Assembly: GCA_964016885.1 (NCBI GenBank)
Contig: OZ024743.1
Coordinates: 185,876,001 to 185,940,000 of the forward strand
Direction of reading: 5' to 3'
From: Eledone cirrhosa
Taxonomy: Eukaryota
Length of the DNA stretch: 64,000 nucleotides
Below the pieces are notes generated by a model that saw nothing but the letters and a program-made list of their open reading frames with translations, did no database searches and was not told the DNA's origin. The position numbers were made by a program, and so were the translations under genes. This document shows positions 1-12,065 of the stretch, one piece after another (position 1 is the stretch's first letter; each line of letters opens with the position of its first letter).

Positions 1-599
1 AAGAGAAAGAAAAAGAGACCTGATTAGGGTCGATACATGAAAGGGATTAACTAATTTATTAGCACATATATGGAGATAAAGAGGAGCGGGGTCTTTTTGT
101 GATAGATAGACACATTGATCTGTCAAGATGAATATTCTGTGAACTGGAGAAGCAATTTTGTTTTGTCACCATAATTGAATTAAAGATGAGTGTGATGCAA
201 TGAATGGGTAAATTAGACAGATAGACAGGGAGATGAGTGCAGAGAGATAGGGATAATGGTTTGTCTATAGGGCAATAAATGAGAGGGACAGCACATTGGT
301 TTAGGGAAAACTTGCATTAATTCTTCAAGAATCACTCTAGAAACCAGCTTCTCTTGCAAAAACTTTCTAGATGACACTCTGAACCCGAAAACCTTACATT
401 CTCCATTTTCTAAACCTAATGAATCCTTAAACTACATTAATTCTCCTAACAACATCACTAGGAACCTAGTTAAAAACTAGGTTCTTGTGGTTTTCTACCA
501 GTAAACAAATCTTTCAGGACTCCTCCCAACACTATAATGATACCCTGTCTAAAAGTAGATGGAAATAACTAATTGAAATTGCTGGAGGTTGTCGTCCCC

Positions 600-900
600 G
601 ATTTATGGAGGCAATTAAATAAGGGTAGTTAATGAAAGACCAACCATCTACTGTCAGTGTATACACTCCTAGTGGATTATGATTTATCTATTTGGTATCC
701 TGTATGTCTGAGTATGTAAAAGTTAAAGCATGAGTTATAAGCCCTAATATTAGATCTAAATTTGACACCATTATCAATAGTTTAAAGTTAACAATTCTTA
801 TGTATTTGGAATCTTTACACAGTTGTGAGGAAAGGATAGTGGAAATGTTTGTTGCTGGGATATCTCTAGTCTATGTTTGGTATATTTCCATTAAATAAAT
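600..900 (-). mobile_element. Highly decayed Helitron Rep fragment
   Basis: The minus strand translates FRSNIRAYNSCFNF...GYQIDKS*STRGVYTLTVDG, resembling the Helitron Rep 'F..NIR.YNS.F.F.S....D....G.Y.....G' block. The equivalent block occurs at ~26850-26970 in the large Helitron. Confidence 0.4.
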
Positions 901-1120
901 GTTTTTTTAAATACTGCTGAATTGCACTCCACTGATTAATCAAATATGAATGAAACCAGCAGATAGGATATGCTTTTTAAGGCTAGTGGAATTCATTTAC
1001 ATTTACACCTTTAAACAAAGTATACTTTTTTGTCTGCTCAGCTGAGATGATTGTAAAATAATGGATTAATAACTACCTAACTTTGTCCTCTTATTCTTTC
1101 ATTGCTTAAAATTATTTCTC

Positions 1121-1325
<205 letters not shown>

Positions 1326-1329
1326 TCAC

Positions 1330-1940
1330 AAAAGAGATAGGGATGCACACAAAACACAGAGATGTGACAATAAATGCAGATTCTGCAGAATTAACATAGA
1401 AGATGCCACTCATGGCATAAGCAGCTGTCCAAAGATGACATCACGGTACTATCTACCTATGAGGCATGATGTAGTGGCCAAAGCACTATACAATATAGTC
1501 TGTAGAAAAGATAACCATGACAATAAACATGTTAAAAGTTACAGCAATGTAGAAGACATACACATACATAATATGAAAGAGTACTGGTGGAATGTTCCAA
1601 TAAAATGCAAGCATAACAAACCAGATATAATGATATGGGACAAGGAAAAGAAGGCATGCACAGTAGTGAAAGTCAGCTGCCCAGCAGATGTCAATATAAT
1701 ATTAAAGATTATCAAAAAGGAGAACATCTATACAGAACTAATAAGAAATCTCAGATACTCCACCCTGATTATGCCTTCAGATTATACCTGTGATCATTAG
1801 GGCTCTGGGATATGTTATTAACTGCTTCAGTCCAAATCTTGAGAAGCTGGGCTTCACAGAACCAGAAAGAACTCGACTAGTTACAAATACATTCTATTAA
1901 TGGAACAGTAAAAATATGTAAAACAATCCAAAATTTCTGC
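1330..1940 (+). mobile_element. 3' fragment of an RLE-type non-LTR retrotransposon (R4/Dong-like)
   Basis: CRFC..(8)..H....C zinc knuckle, RHD motif, KHNKPDIMIWD restriction-like endonuclease and VSCP. Flanked by CATA/TACA microsatellites. Confidence 0.8.
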
Positions 1941-2420
1941 ATGTAATACACATGTATAGATATAAAACATATGCACGCGTACATATATAACTCAAAGCAA
2001 ACATATACAATAAGACACAACACACACACATGCATGCATGCAAACATACATACATACATATTTATCTAGTTGATGTCTAAATTCCAATGAAAACGTCTTG
2101 TGTCTATGTTTGAAACTGGCTCTCTCTCTATTGGTAAACATTTATAGAATAACAAAATCAGAAGAACATACATACATGATGGCTGCAACTTGATTTCAAA
2201 TAATGACATCGCTTGTTACTTAAGCATGAGCATCATGGACATGGCTTTTTAGTCCTGCTAGGGAATTGCTTATGGCCAGCAATATCATGCATTGCAAAAA
2301 ATGTCACATATCAAGTGATGCCTGTACTTGAAGCTTTTTTAAGTGAGGAAAAGCTTTGCTCAGAGCCAATCCCACTCTCTGAACATCGAATGCTTTTTCC
2401 CAAAGAGAAGAACTGGTCTA

Positions 2421-2690
2421 CATCATCATCATCATTTAACGTCTATCTTCCATGCTAGCATGAGTTTAGACGGGAATTGTCCCACTTGAGGCAAGATTGG
2501 TTGTCTTGCTTGTATAGGTCTGTCTGGCAGGTTTTCTACAGCTGGATGCCCTTCCTAACACCAACCACGTTTACAGTGTGGACTGGGAGGTTTTTACCTT
2601 GTTACCTACACAGCCACATTATAGCGTGGACTGTGTGGTTTTTTTGTCGTGACACCTACACGACCTCATTTATTTAGGACTGGATGTCAT
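2421..2690 (-). mobile_element. RTE-family 3' UTR fragment with (GAT)n tail
   Basis: Matches the 3' UTR of the RTE copy at 20400-20757, including the GTTGGTGTTAGGAAGGGCATCCAGCTGTAGAAA box. Confidence 0.8.
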
Positions 2691-3176
2691 TGGATGGAAA
2701 TGAAATTGCAGGTTTTATATCAGAGTGACCTTCTCCTAGAGAGATGTCTTTATGAAGACTAGGAGTCTCTTGCTCTACAATAAAAAGAAAGAGAGAAAGA
2801 AAAAAATACTTTATTGGATGGCCGTTGACTCTTCTGAGTTCCTCTGCTCTTTGACAGGTCTTGTTTTGCATCCCACGAAAGGTTGGTGGGGTTGCTGGTT
2901 TAGTTGCTGATGACCTGATCATGCACATGTTACCAGTAGTGCTGTATCTATGTATGTTCTGATTTTATTATTTTATAAATTTGCACCAATAGAGAAAGAG
3001 GGCGAGAGATGGTTTCTAACATAAACACAAGACTCTTCCACTGGAATTTAGACAACATCAACAAGGTAAATACGTATATATGTCTGTGTGTGTGTGTGTG
3101 TGCAGGTATGGATTTTAGTGCATGTGTGGATCTGGATGTTTTAAGTTATATACATGTGCTTATGTTTCTGTATCTA

Positions 3177-4120
3177 TACAGAGGTTTAGTGACTTTTATC
3201 AGATCAACACAAAACTCTAGTCTCCCTCAAAGTAAGATCCTCCAGTTTCAATGCACTGGTTGTAGTGCTCAAGCCACTTTAGGAAAGCCCCCTTGTAGTC
3301 CTTGAAAGTGAAGGTGTTCAAGGCGCTTGTCACAGCTTCTTTCATCTCCTCCACATCCTCATAACAGATACCCTTGAGCTTCTCCTTCAGCTTTGGGAAT
3401 ATCCAGAAGTGACATGGAGCTCGGTCTGGACTGTAGGGAAGATGAGAGACAGTCTTGATCCCCATATCAGCCAAGTAATTGGTCACCAGAAAGGATTTGT
3501 GGCAGGGGACATTGTTCTGGTGCAGGTGCCACTGACCAGACATGAAGAATTCTGGTCTCTTGCAACAAAATCTCTTTCTGAACTGTTTCAAAACCTCTAC
3601 ATAGTACTCTTTGTTGGTTGTCTAGCCATGGGGGACTCAGTGGATGTAGATGATCCCCTCGCTGTCAAAGAATGGGATCATCATAAACTTCCCAGTGGAC
3701 TTGCTTTCCCTGGCTTTCTTGGTTGTGGAGTCAGAATGTTTCCATTGGGCACTCCGTCTCTTGGTCTCTAGATCATAACAGTAAACCTAGCTCTTGTCCC
3801 AGGTTACCAGAAACTCAAAGACACTTAGATTCAAAGCTAGCCACTTCACCATCTCCCTGCTATTATCAATATGCCTCTGCCTTAGATCTTCATTGAGAAA
3901 ACTTTGCACATGTTTAGATCGTCATGAATGACTCTGTGCACAGTGCCCTCAGCCACTTCAAATTATTTAACAATCATCAGAAGAGATGCATGATGGTTCT
4001 CATTCCGAAATTTGTGAATTTTGTTGACCAACTTTGGCATCTTAATGTCTCTCTCCCTGCCACACCTCCCGTCATCTCTCACCTGCTCCCTGCCCCAGTT
4101 ACCTTCTTGATTAGTGTTTT
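3177..4120 (-). mobile_element. Decayed mariner (Tc1/mariner) transposase
   Basis: ORF 3217..3591 contains LHQNNVPCH, HLPYSPDRAPCHFWIFPKLK (degenerate YSPDLAP.D) and the C-terminal CIETGGSYFE. Boundaries are approximate. Confidence 0.85.
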
Positions 4121-4444
4121 ACTGTTTTAACTTCAAATCCTATTAACTTTCAGTCTTCAATTTTGGGTAAAATAGATACCAGTAATACATTGTTTTCTTT
4201 GAATTAACTATGCCTTCTCTACTACAATACCTTTTAGACAATGATGACAGTGATGGCAACAATGATTGCAGTATAGCAGACATTCTGATTGGGATTATTC
4301 TATCTTATTTTTAAATATGGTATATATGGGACTCCATTATCCAATGTGTCCTTCCTCTTTTTACAGTGGTAGAGTGTAATTTGAGGGATATTTGGCTACT
4401 ATTTCTCACAAAGCACGCAATTCTATAGCAGCCCTCCTGTTGGT

Positions 4445-4449
4445 TCATA
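4445..4449 (-). CDS. Probable terminal micro-exon (V-stop) of the CTLD gene
   Basis: ttttgcAG acceptor after a 76-bp GT-AG intron (4525-4450); G+TA TGA gives Val-stop. An unspliced read-through to 4311 is also open. Confidence 0.4.
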
Positions 4450-4525
4450 CTGCAAAATGTTGCTTTTATACGTTTGCAAATTTTATTATTTTTTTTAATT
4501 TCAATATTTGAATAAAATATCTTAC

Positions 4526-4738
4526 CACTCCTTGAAAAGTAATTCATTTCACAAATAAAAGGGTGTTTTGAGCTTGCAGTTTCACTATGTAAATGATCTT
4601 CATGTGCCACAACTTTCTGATTTTCGTGAAAACGCATAAACCATCGATTTTTATTTACAGGAATTCTCCAGGTTGGATATTTCCAGTACCAGTGTTTTTG
4701 GAATTCAACTCCGCCAACCCAAAATTTTTCATATAATA
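4526..4738 (-). CDS. C-type lectin-like domain gene, exon 3
   Basis: ttttaattatAG acceptor, G|GTAAGA donor, 213 bp, phase 1-1. Encodes LYEKFWVGG..WYW...HPFICE (WIGL-like and FICE motifs). Confidence 0.8.
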
Positions 4739-5216
4739 CTATAATTAAAAGTAAAAAATTACTGATTGTATCAGATTTTTGTTTGTTTATTTTAGCTGGT
4801 GTCAGTAAATAACTAATGAATCGAAATAGAATAAAATACATTAAAATATTTAAAGTTTTTACACATGAAAAAGTGATCATACTTCCTGAATATATAAACC
4901 ACATCTATTTACTTGTTTAGTTCTAGCTAAACCCTGATCAAGCAGACCTATAATCAAACAATCCTGTCTTTTATTCTGACATAGTGTATCTAGAACTAGA
5001 TTGTCAAAAGTTCCTTCTTTGAGATGGTAGGTTAATGCGTATGGTATTTCAATCAGGATGAGCAATCACACAGTGCAGGGAGGTGAACATGAGGGAAATG
5101 TCACTTGCATTTAAATTTTTAAACCACTTACTCATGAAGTCTCTAGAACCTCATATTGATGGTGGCAGTAATGTTTAAGCCTTAAGATCCCTTACAGTAA
5201 TTAGGGATCTTAAAGC

Positions 5217-5441
5217 TTAACCTTTAGCATTTACATTATTCTATATATATTATTGTATATTTGTGGTAAAGGCTTTATCTTACATAATTATCTCACATAA
5301 TATCGAATCTATGAGATTTTGATGTTATTTATTTTGAGAACAATACATTAACATCAGCATGAGTGGCCAGTTACAGGCAGTTTGAACAGAAAGAGGTGAG
5401 AATTCTGGCCGGACACAGCCAGTTTAAATACTAAGGGTTAA
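5217..5441 (+). mobile_element. piggyBac-like MITE, copy 1
   Basis: TTAA flanks and cctttagcattta / taaatactaaggg termini; same internal sequence at 37698, 49331 and 50790. Confidence 0.75.
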
Positions 5442-5959
5442 GATGTACTCTCACTTGTAATTCATCCATATTAATAAAATGTTCCTCACCCATGATATGG
5501 AGGTTTGCTTGTACATTCTTTTTCATGTCTTGTCAAAAGAAATAAATACTAAATATCTTTCCTGGCTTAAATTTAAACATGCAGTTAAATAGTCAAAATT
5601 GAAATTAAAATCAAAGAATATGATATACTGGACATTACACACAGATACTCACACACTCCATCCTTTGAATACAATGTACCTTTTTACGTTCACACATAAA
5701 TATTTGACTGAATTTCTATTCTGAAACTATGTCTCACAGTTTCTTGTGCTTAGATTTTTTTTTTGTTATGTATATTGTCAAACCTTTGACTGCTTGATGA
5801 AAATGTTGATGTATTTGACTTGTATATCACAAATTTGAAAGAGTATTATTAAATGAATTTGATATTTCCAAAAGCATAAAGAAAAATTAATTAGTATGGA
5901 TGATAAGAAAATTTGACAATATTTTGTAATTTGGTGAATCAAAAGATACTTTTTTCTTA

Positions 5960-6197
5960 TAGGATGGTGTTGAAGCTTGCTTCAAGCATTGTGGAAAGTG
6001 CAGAAAACCATGTTTTTTTTAGATGGCTGCAACAAATAGGACATTAAATATTAAAAATAACGATAACAAAGTTGTTGAAAGGTTACCTTGGGGTTGTTTA
6101 ATTAAGGACCAATTAAACACCTCCAAGGAACATTCTAACACATTTTAATGTCTGGTATTGTTGTGGCATCTAAAAAAAACATGGTTTTCTGCACATT
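5960..6197. mobile_element. Palindromic MITE-like repeat
   Basis: Arms gtgcagaaaaccatgttttttttagatg / catctaaaaaaaacatggttttctgcac; related reverse copy at ~58690-58972. Confidence 0.6.
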
Positions 6198-6779
6198 ATT
6201 TTATAATTGTAAACTGAAATCAGACAGAAATAGTTAATTTAATACATACTGCTGTTTCAATGCAAATATGTTTCAAAGCAGAAATTTTTCTATATCATTT
6301 CAATTGAAATGGGAAAACTGATCATTTTAAAGATATAATTTAGAAATCCATTCAATTTTATTTCATTCCTGATTATTTTTATCTCTGTGTTTAGAAATAT
6401 ATTTTACAAGAAGTTCCTTTGATATATTTGTATTTGTCTTTTACTATTGACTTCTACTAGAAATTAAACAAAACCAATTGTTATCTTCATTAAAGTTCGT
6501 AGAGTTTATTAATACATATTTTCTATGAATTTAACACAGTGCTGGATGCATTGATGATGCATCTATCAGTTTTATCCCCATGCACCAACGAAAATAAGTA
6601 TATAAACAGTTAAGACAATGTGATAACTGAATAGTTTTCTAACATGCATTACCACAAAAGAGAAGACAATGATAACATCAATAATGAATTTAATGATGAT
6701 AATCAATTGACCAAGGGCTTACACCAACATTTAGTAATGCTGAAAATACAGTAACAGGGTCAATGCACAGTAGATCCTC

Positions 6780-7450
6780 ATAAACGTTTAATTTTGGAGA
6801 CATGTATATGCTGTTTTGGGGACATTAGATATAGGGGTAATGGCAAGGTGATTGGAAGAAGTGGTGGTGGCACTGTATAGAAGTACAGATTGTTGTGTAC
6901 AGGAGACAAGGAGAGGGTGAAAGGTGGAAGGAGAACTCAGTGGAGGAAATATCAACAAAAGCTGAAGGTGTGGAAATTAAAAGAGGTAACAGTGAGGTAG
7001 ACTCTTAGTATGGTGGAAGATTACACAAATGAACTTGATTGCTTGGAAATATTTGAAAGATGATTTGTTAGGAAATGTTGGTGATGTGTGTGAATGGACA
7101 AAACGACCACCTAAATACTTTGAAATACTGTATTGGGATAATGAAGTTGGAAAGAGGATTGTTGAAGAGAGGAAGAGTTTCAGAGAATGGCAGAAAGTGA
7201 GGGGCATAATAGCAGAAAAAGCAGCTCATCTGCTATACAAGGTAGCCAAGGAGGTTGTGAAGAAAAAATTGGCAAGAATGCTGGAGGTACATGAAAAATT
7301 AGGTTGGTTGTTAATATAAATATAAACACTTTGAAATGAGCAGTTTTGTATCATAAAACCAGAGGCAATTTCATGGAGTTGGTATCAAAAGGGTTGAAAA
7401 ATAAGGAGACATTAGATAATGTAGTTCTAGTTATATCAGAAAAGAATTTG
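6780..7450 (+). mobile_element. Old RTE LINE remnant (EN-RT linker)
   Basis: WKYLKDDLL..V..VC.W.K...W..EV...EERKSFREWQ matches the equivalent region of ORF 11981..12541. Confidence 0.6.
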
Positions 7451-7659
7451 AGAGATTCAGAGTCATACATTTTATTATAAGTCTGCTCCACTGGAATTTG
7501 ACCTGAGGTTAAATGGTAAAAACAATAACAATAACCTGGCCATTATGTTTTAAGAAATGTTTCCAAAAGCATAATATGATATCAGTACAATGCTAGCACA
7601 ATACCAAAGTATGATCTAGCACTTATCAACTTGGTTAACTTTCATTCCTATTCTTGTTT

Positions 7660-8178
7660 GACAAAAAGCACCCAATTCACCATGTAAGGTGGCACCACAA
7701 TGAAAAACACCCAGTCCCCACTGGAAGGTAGTAATGCTAAAGTCAAAGTGAAAAGCACCCACTCCACCCTGGAAGATATAGCGTTGGAGTCACAATGAAA
7801 AACATTCAGTCCAACTTGTAAGGCAGAAGTGCTGGTTGCATGATAAAAAGCACCCAGTCCACTCTGTAAGGTGGTAGTGCTGGTGCCATTACAAAAAGCA
7901 CCCAGTTCACCGTGTAAGGTGGTAGTGCTGGTACCACAATGGAAAACACCCCGTCCACTCTGTCAGGTGGTAGTGCTAGAGTCATGACAAAATGCTCCCA
8001 GTACCTACTGTAAAATGGTTGACATTTAGAAGGGCATCCAGCCATAGACACCAAGCCTAAAATGGAATGTATGAGCAAGATACAGTCACCTGACCAATCC
8101 AGTCTGAGAATGTGATAACTCAATTAACCCATACAAGCATGGAAAACAGATGTTAAACAGTGACTATGATGATGATAT
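7660..8178 (+). repeat. RTE-related 3' element with ~8 degenerate ~47-bp minisatellite units and GAT tail
   Basis: Repeated aaaagcacccagtccacnctgtaaggtggtagtgctggtgcca units, followed by the agaagggcatccagcc box and tail. Confidence 0.8.
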
Positions 8179-8201
8179 ATACCAAAAATCTAAATACTTA
8201 C

Positions 8202-8330
8202 ATTTAAAATTTTTCTGTATCCAATTTTGTTCATCATTTGTCAGTAATTGAACCAAACTGTGACCATCTCTGGCACATACTAATGTAGCTGTTTCCCAGT
8301 CAGCTTGACTATAATACCAATATATTTTTC
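8202..8330 (-). CDS. C-type lectin-like domain gene, exon 2
   Basis: gttattAG acceptor, T|GTAAGT donor, 129 bp, phase 1-1. KIYWYYSQADWETATLVCARDGHSLVQLLTNDEQNWIQKNFK fits CTLD W..A...C...G..L......E..WI and joins exon 3 in frame. Confidence 0.85.
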
Positions 8331-8509
8331 CTAATAACAGGTGATTCAGAGTTTTTTCCAGTTTCACAGAATAAAGATATCCTAATAGTGACATATAATG
8401 AACATTTTAAGTTAAATTTCAAATCATTTAATGTCAAATTAACATTTAGACAGGAATGTTAATCATAAAGTAATTCCTTGTTTATTTTACTGCCTTACAC
8501 TCTATTATA

Positions 8510-8715
8510 GGTGGCAACTTGGCAGAGTCATTAGAACATCAGATAAAATGCTTTGCAGTATTTGTTCCAGCTCTCTGCATCCGAGTTCAAATCCCAGCAA
8601 GGGCAATTTTACCTTTTAGCCTTTTGAAGTCAATAAAAAAAATGGACCATTCAATACAGGGATTGATTCATCATCATCATCATCATCACCGTTTTACTTC
8701 CTCTATATTTCTTTT

Positions 8716-8794
<79 letters not shown>

Positions 8795-8965
8795 CGCTCG
8801 CTCACTCTCTCTCTCTCATTCTATTTCTCCTTTTCTGAAAGAAATTGGCTGTATTCTTATCTGACAAGTGGATGGACTCTGCTAAGTTTAAAATGCCCAA
8901 GACTTGCCTTATGTTATGAGAACAGCATCCCTTTAACTCCATCAGGAGTTACAGGTTCATACATA
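8510..8965 (+). mobile_element. tRNA-derived Nin/Deu-type SINE with internal (CT)n and extended 3' domain
   Basis: A-box tggcagagtc, B-box gagttcaaatcc, Nin-like block, tail ..actccatcaggagttacagg. Relatives at 17220, 39310, 43400, 50260 and 55090. Confidence 0.65.
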
Positions 8966-10198
8966 CATTTCCCTTCTCTACATTGACACTAGTAGGGAAA
9001 ATGTAAACAGGGAGCAGATTCCAGATGGCTATGACTTAATGAGGGAATGATTAGTAAAATTGTTTGATGTGTAGTTTAAAGGGAAGGAAAACACAAAGAG
9101 GTTGGGTAGAGTGAGTAATTAGTTTGCAGAAACGTAGACACTATTTTAGTCATGGCAGAATATCCAGAGAAGAAAAGCAACACAAGTCATGGATATAGGG
9201 GACCTTTGGTCATGAGGAGGAGAGGGGTTGATTTGCCAAAAATGTTACACAGACAAAAACACAAATAACAAATCCTAATAAAATGTTGTTTTATCAATTG
9301 ATGATTTCCAGTTGGCATTAATCACACAACATACAACTTATGATAAATATTGTTTTCAGTCTTTCTTAACTGCAAAAATATAAATTATTTTGCTAACAGT
9401 TTTGCAAACAGACATGCTGGCAAATTTTAACTCAATATCTAGTAGCACCACACTGTTTACACACATCAAACTCCAGACACCTCAGACATATCTTCATCTG
9501 TTTGAGGTTAGTGAAGGACCAATCTGTAGAACACTATATAACAGAAATAATTGCCAGCCATTTTGTTGAAGACAAAGTATAGCATGGAAATTGTTTTTAT
9601 AAACAGTTAAATTGTGATTCCTTCTCCACAATCATTTTATCCAAACTAAAATAATAGGTAAATGGCAGAGCTATTCAGAGGGAATTTTTGTTGTTTATTC
9701 ACTAACCAGGACTTACAATTAACCACACAACTTTATTTCTCCCTGGTAAAGTATATATATAAAAAGATAAATATATATATTATCAGAGTCACCTCAAGTG
9801 GCATCCATACATGTTAATAACTAATCATCATCCTCATTGAGTCAGCACTCAAGCAGAGATATTGACTTCTTAGTTGGACCAGAGGTCTTCATCTCACACA
9901 CTAACATTCCTGCACCCTACTGGGTGGTTGGGCATTTTGGGGGCTCACATCTTGCTTACAAAATGTTCTCATGCTCTACTGAGTGCCTTTTATCATAGCA
10001 CCAGCACTAGGGAGGTTGTCATATATATGTATATGTATATATATATATATGTATGTATGGAAGAGTCAGGACCCTGGCAGCTGAGCTCTTGCAAACTCTC
10101 TTTCATATTATATATATATATATATATATAATAAACTGATTGCAAGCCCAATGCTCTAACCACTAAGCCATGTGCCTCCATATATCTATATATCTATA

Positions 10199-10252
<54 letters not shown>

Positions 10253-10339
10253 TATATATATATAAATATAAGTATGTATACATACATATATGTATACAGA
10301 CGTACAGTAGTATGTATATATATATACATACATGCACTC

Positions 10340-10825
10340 ATATATATATGTACGTATGGGTTTACCGAACATTTATTATAATGCTCGGTTTGTTTGTAAA
10401 CAAACAGCCCAAATTATTAGCCGTACAGTGTTCAGCAAGCATCGTCTGTGTGTTTGAAAGGTCAGGTTCTCTACTTGATTTGAGAGGGCTTTAATTTGAC
10501 TAGCCCGCTCTCTGATCATAGCCCGCAACTCTGAAATCTCGGCCTCTGTCGTTGGTTGTGACATATCATGTTGGTATTTTGTTAGGCTGCTGTCTGGTTG
10601 CGCGTTCGAATCACGTTAGGGTCACCAATTGTAACGACGTGGTTAGTTGGTCTGGTCGCTACTTCTGATCAGATCCGAGAATAGCCCTTAAAAGGACTGT
10701 TATCGCATACGGTCTGATCGGATCTGAGGATAGCACTTAAAAGGACTGTTGTCACATACGGTAAGGATGAACAGATGAAAGCACAAGTTGAAAGGACGAG
10801 CAAGGCGAGAGATGTAGTTTCAGTC

Positions 10826-10859
<34 letters not shown>

Positions 10860-11137
10860 ATATATATATATATACACAGAGGTATCCACAGTAAGTTGTG
10901 AGGTCTATTCTGCATGAAGAACTCGATGTAATCCGTATGTTGAAAATGTTGTAGGTTAAGATAAATCTCGGAAAACAATAAAACATTAAAAGGAAAACAG
11001 AGTCATGATATAAGTTAAAACAATGAAATAAAAAATCAAGTCATTAGAGATATACTTCACTGCTTTATGGTCGTTTCTAGATGATGATAATACATTGTAG
11101 CTATACTCAGTAATTGATCTATGTAAGGTTAGTTACA
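10340..11137 (-). mobile_element. LTR retrotransposon 5' remnant: LTR (11137-10630), tRNA-Trp PBS, start of gag-like ORF
   Basis: LTR bounded by TGTAAC...GTTACA, followed 2 nt later by TGGTGACCCTAACGTGATTCG (tRNA-Trp complement) and the coiled-coil ORF MSQPTTEAEISELRAMI. Confidence 0.75.
10596..10627 (-). promoter_or_regulatory. Primer binding site complementary to the tRNA-Trp 3' end
   Basis: The + strand reads GGTTGCGCGTTCGAATCACGTTAGGGTCACCA, the 3' ~32 nt of a eukaryotic tRNA-Trp including CCA. Confidence 0.8.
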
Positions 11138-11149
11138 AATTTGATTTAT

Positions 11150-11417
11150 CTTCATCATCATCAACATCATCATCACCGTTTTACGTCCGTTCTTCCACGC
11201 TAGCATGGGTTAGACGGGTTGTCCTGTTGTGGGCAGTGTCTGGTCGGCTGTCCATGCCTTGCTCATACAGGAACTGATTTGGCTTGATTTCTACAGCTGG
11301 ATGCCCTTCCTAACACCAACTTCATTTACAGTGTGGGCTGGGTGCTTTTTTGCCATGGCACCTCCACGACCACCTTGCAGTGGGGGCATATTGTCTATAT
11401 GCTTCAGCTTGTACCCA
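11150..11417 (-). mobile_element. RTE 3' UTR fragment (inverted twin of 14452-14755)
   Basis: Near-identical reverse complement of the 3' end of the adjacent RTE, with fewer minisatellite units. Confidence 0.85.
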
Positions 11418-12065
11418 TTTTGTACCCATATCTTAATTTTGGATATAGATATATAAATACGGCTCCTTAATTGTAGATCTAACTCTGTTGAAAGGACTCG
11501 ACTGCTGTTTCTAGTTGTGAATAACCCTATTCACGCCACTGGGTCGAAGCTAGTATGATGTGTGTATTTCTAGTAGATATAGCACGTGTTACTGGCCAGT
11601 CGCTGATTTGAACTTGAAGTGTAAACACGGATCGCCGGAGCTTCTTCCTTGTTGAAAATCCAAGTATCCACTTCCGTGGTTTACCATCCGATTAATTGGT
11701 GAAATATATTGGAATATATTCAGGGAAGATTAATCATATTATAAGGTATCTATTTTTGAAGTTCTGGTCAACTTTACGTAGTTACCTACCTAGCTATGTG
11801 TGGTTACACACTTGTAAAAATTATCTACTGTGATTATTCATGTTTATTTATATGTTAATCAATTTCTAGTTATTATAAAATGCTCGGACCTACTCGTTAG
11901 AATCTTAGCTTATTTTGCAGGTGATATGGTGCATGTCTTTCTGGCATGACACCCATAATTTTGATTTGGATTAAATTTATTTGATTTATTTTAATTTTGG
12001 ATATATATATATATGGAGGCACTTGAACTCACAACCTTTCGATTGTAAGCCCGATATATATATAT

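Noticed and set aside
5640-5725. Possible extra CTLD exon (IFMCE)
   Set aside because: No phase-compatible open frame; exons 2 and 3 already join cleanly.
7660-8010. CRISPR-like repeat/spacer appearance
   Set aside because: Units are degenerate along their whole length, the 'spacers' are homologous to each other, there are no cas genes, and the context is a eukaryotic retroposon.
10596-10627. tRNA-Trp gene
   Set aside because: Only the 3' part is present, with encoded CCA, abutting an LTR; this is a PBS.
11420-12000. Unique CpG-containing segment between RTE pieces
   Set aside because: No ORF, termini or motif recognised; probably an unclassified TE fragment.
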